64,000 bases of DNA from Zootoca vivipara (taxonomy: Eukaryota). The stretch lies in the NCBI RefSeq assembly GCF_963506605.1, contig NC_083282.1:60016001-60080000 (forward strand), given 5' to 3'. The position numbers were made by a program, and so were the translations under genes. This document shows, one piece after another, positions 62,479 through 64,000 of this stretch; the stretch's first letter is position 1, and each line of letters starts with the position of its first letter. Under the pieces are notes generated by a model. It saw only the letters and a list, made by a program, of their open reading frames with translations. It made no database searches and had not been told where the DNA came from.

Positions 62479-64000
62479 AAACTATTACGTGCCTCCACCT
62501 TAATAGTTTGTGCTCCAGGCTTTACAGAGCAGCCAACATGGAAGGTTGGAGGCAACTGAATGTTAACCTCCAAGCCAAAGGGTTACCCTTTCAAGAGTCT
62601 TCACTGTTCAGAAAGGGGGTGGAGCCTAGGAGGGGTTAGTCTGTCCAAAGAGGGATAAAAAAAGCTTCATTTGAGGATTCATACACACTTCCACTTGAGT
62701 CATCCCTAGAAAGCACAGGTCTGAGAGGTTTTCTGTTTGTCCCCAACTTTTTGCCTTTGCTCTGCTGCTTTCCCTCAGAAAACCCACTCTTTAGTGCTAA
62801 ATTGGAACAAACAGCAATCCACAGAAAATCCGATTGCTATTTGCTCTGATTCACTGCTAAACCGTGGTCTTCTCCTGGGGGGAGTAGGAAGCGGTGGGGC
62901 AAATGGGGGTGTGGATAAGCCCCGAGTTACAGACTAGAATGGAAAAAGCTATCTGCTTGGAGCTCTCCAAGGTCCAGCAACTTCAACTCAATCCAACCCA
63001 CCTGACAAAAACCACCCTCACCTGTCCATGGATAGGAAAAGACATCGAGAGATCATTGACTTCTGTGTATCCTGAGGATCCATCAGCCATGACCACAAGT
63101 AGCAAGTGTGAGAGTATGATTTCCAAAATGGCTCACAGCTCAAAAAAGTATCCTAGCAGTGAGCAAGAGGGAGACCATCTTGTCTTTTAAGTTGCCCCAA
63201 TAAATGTGTTTATAAAGCACAGCAGCCTTCTTTTTAAAAATAAAAATCAGATGCTTTAAAAACTATGTGTGTTCTTTCAAGTGTTAAAATCTCCATTGAG
63301 CCAATATTAAGCTGTCCAGCATGTTCACAAATGCCCACAGGAAATGGCTTCACCTGGCAACTGGCAAGAGCATCGTTCTGAGGCCCTCATGCATAATTTG
63401 CAGAACCAGTGAGCTGTGTGATCCATGAGCAGGAAAAACATTTTCCTCCTTTGCTTTTGTTTGATTTGGTTTGGGACACAGACGCTGGGTTTAGCGTTGA
63501 TTCAACCCAGATCACGCCTGCTAGAACTGCAGAGAGGAAAGAGCTATCTTTGTGTCAATTCATAACAGCTGCTGTCCCTCAACCCCAAATTATCGTAGTA
63601 CTTTTTAGCACCACTTCCTTTCATCTGGTATCCTTTAGCACATCTCCAGTGTCCTCAGCTGCAGCAGACCCTGAGTCATCAGATGAACACTGATTATACA
63701 ATGCTCTTCATAAACCTATCCATCTCAGTTTTAAAACTTGTGAGAATGACTATTCCTGGGAGACAATGCCACCATTTTTCAAAGTGTTCTTTTCACCTAG
63801 CACGACTCAGCTATTTCTATCGGAATAAACTGCATCTCTCAGCTGCTAGAAGTGTTGTTTTGCATTTTTGTGCCTTCTGATTCATTGCACGGCCTTCCCA
63901 GGGCCCTCATTTGTCAAGTTGCCAGCAGTTAAGTTGCCAGCACTCTGTGTGTGTGTGTGTCCAGGATAGATCGTGGGTACACAAATTAAAACTTTTAATG

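Noticed and set aside
55500-64000. Exons of DDX20, the upstream neighbour expected from recalled human synteny
   Set aside because: No DEAD-box motifs or second CpG island seen; ORF 63409-63693 has no recognisable homology.

Overview
Vertebrate genomic DNA. The repeat content (Sauria SINE, Squam3-type SINE, BovB, CR1, L2, hAT and Tc1/mariner MITEs) points to a squamate, probably a lacertid lizard (inference). The only protein-coding host gene I can support is INKA2 (FAM212B, PAK4 inhibitor) on the minus strand: coding exon 1 at 54764-54832, a ~28.1 kb phase-0 GT-AG intron, and coding exon 2 at 25603-26649, with a CpG-rich promoter at ~54.9-55.5 kb. The rest is intron or intergenic DNA dense in transposable elements, with one 138-N gap. 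I found no evidence of a new multi-gene system. The best leads are regulatory: a near-consensus p53 element in intron 1, a uORF overlapping the first in-frame ATG, an upstream palindrome with two TCF/LEF sites around an E-box, and a possible internal first exon. There are also unusual retrotransposition products: an L1 with a ~60 bp target-site duplication, a 5'-inverted BovB, a bipartite non-autonomous RTE, and a hAT nested inside another hAT's TIR. Repeat family names are from recalled sequence features, not database searches.
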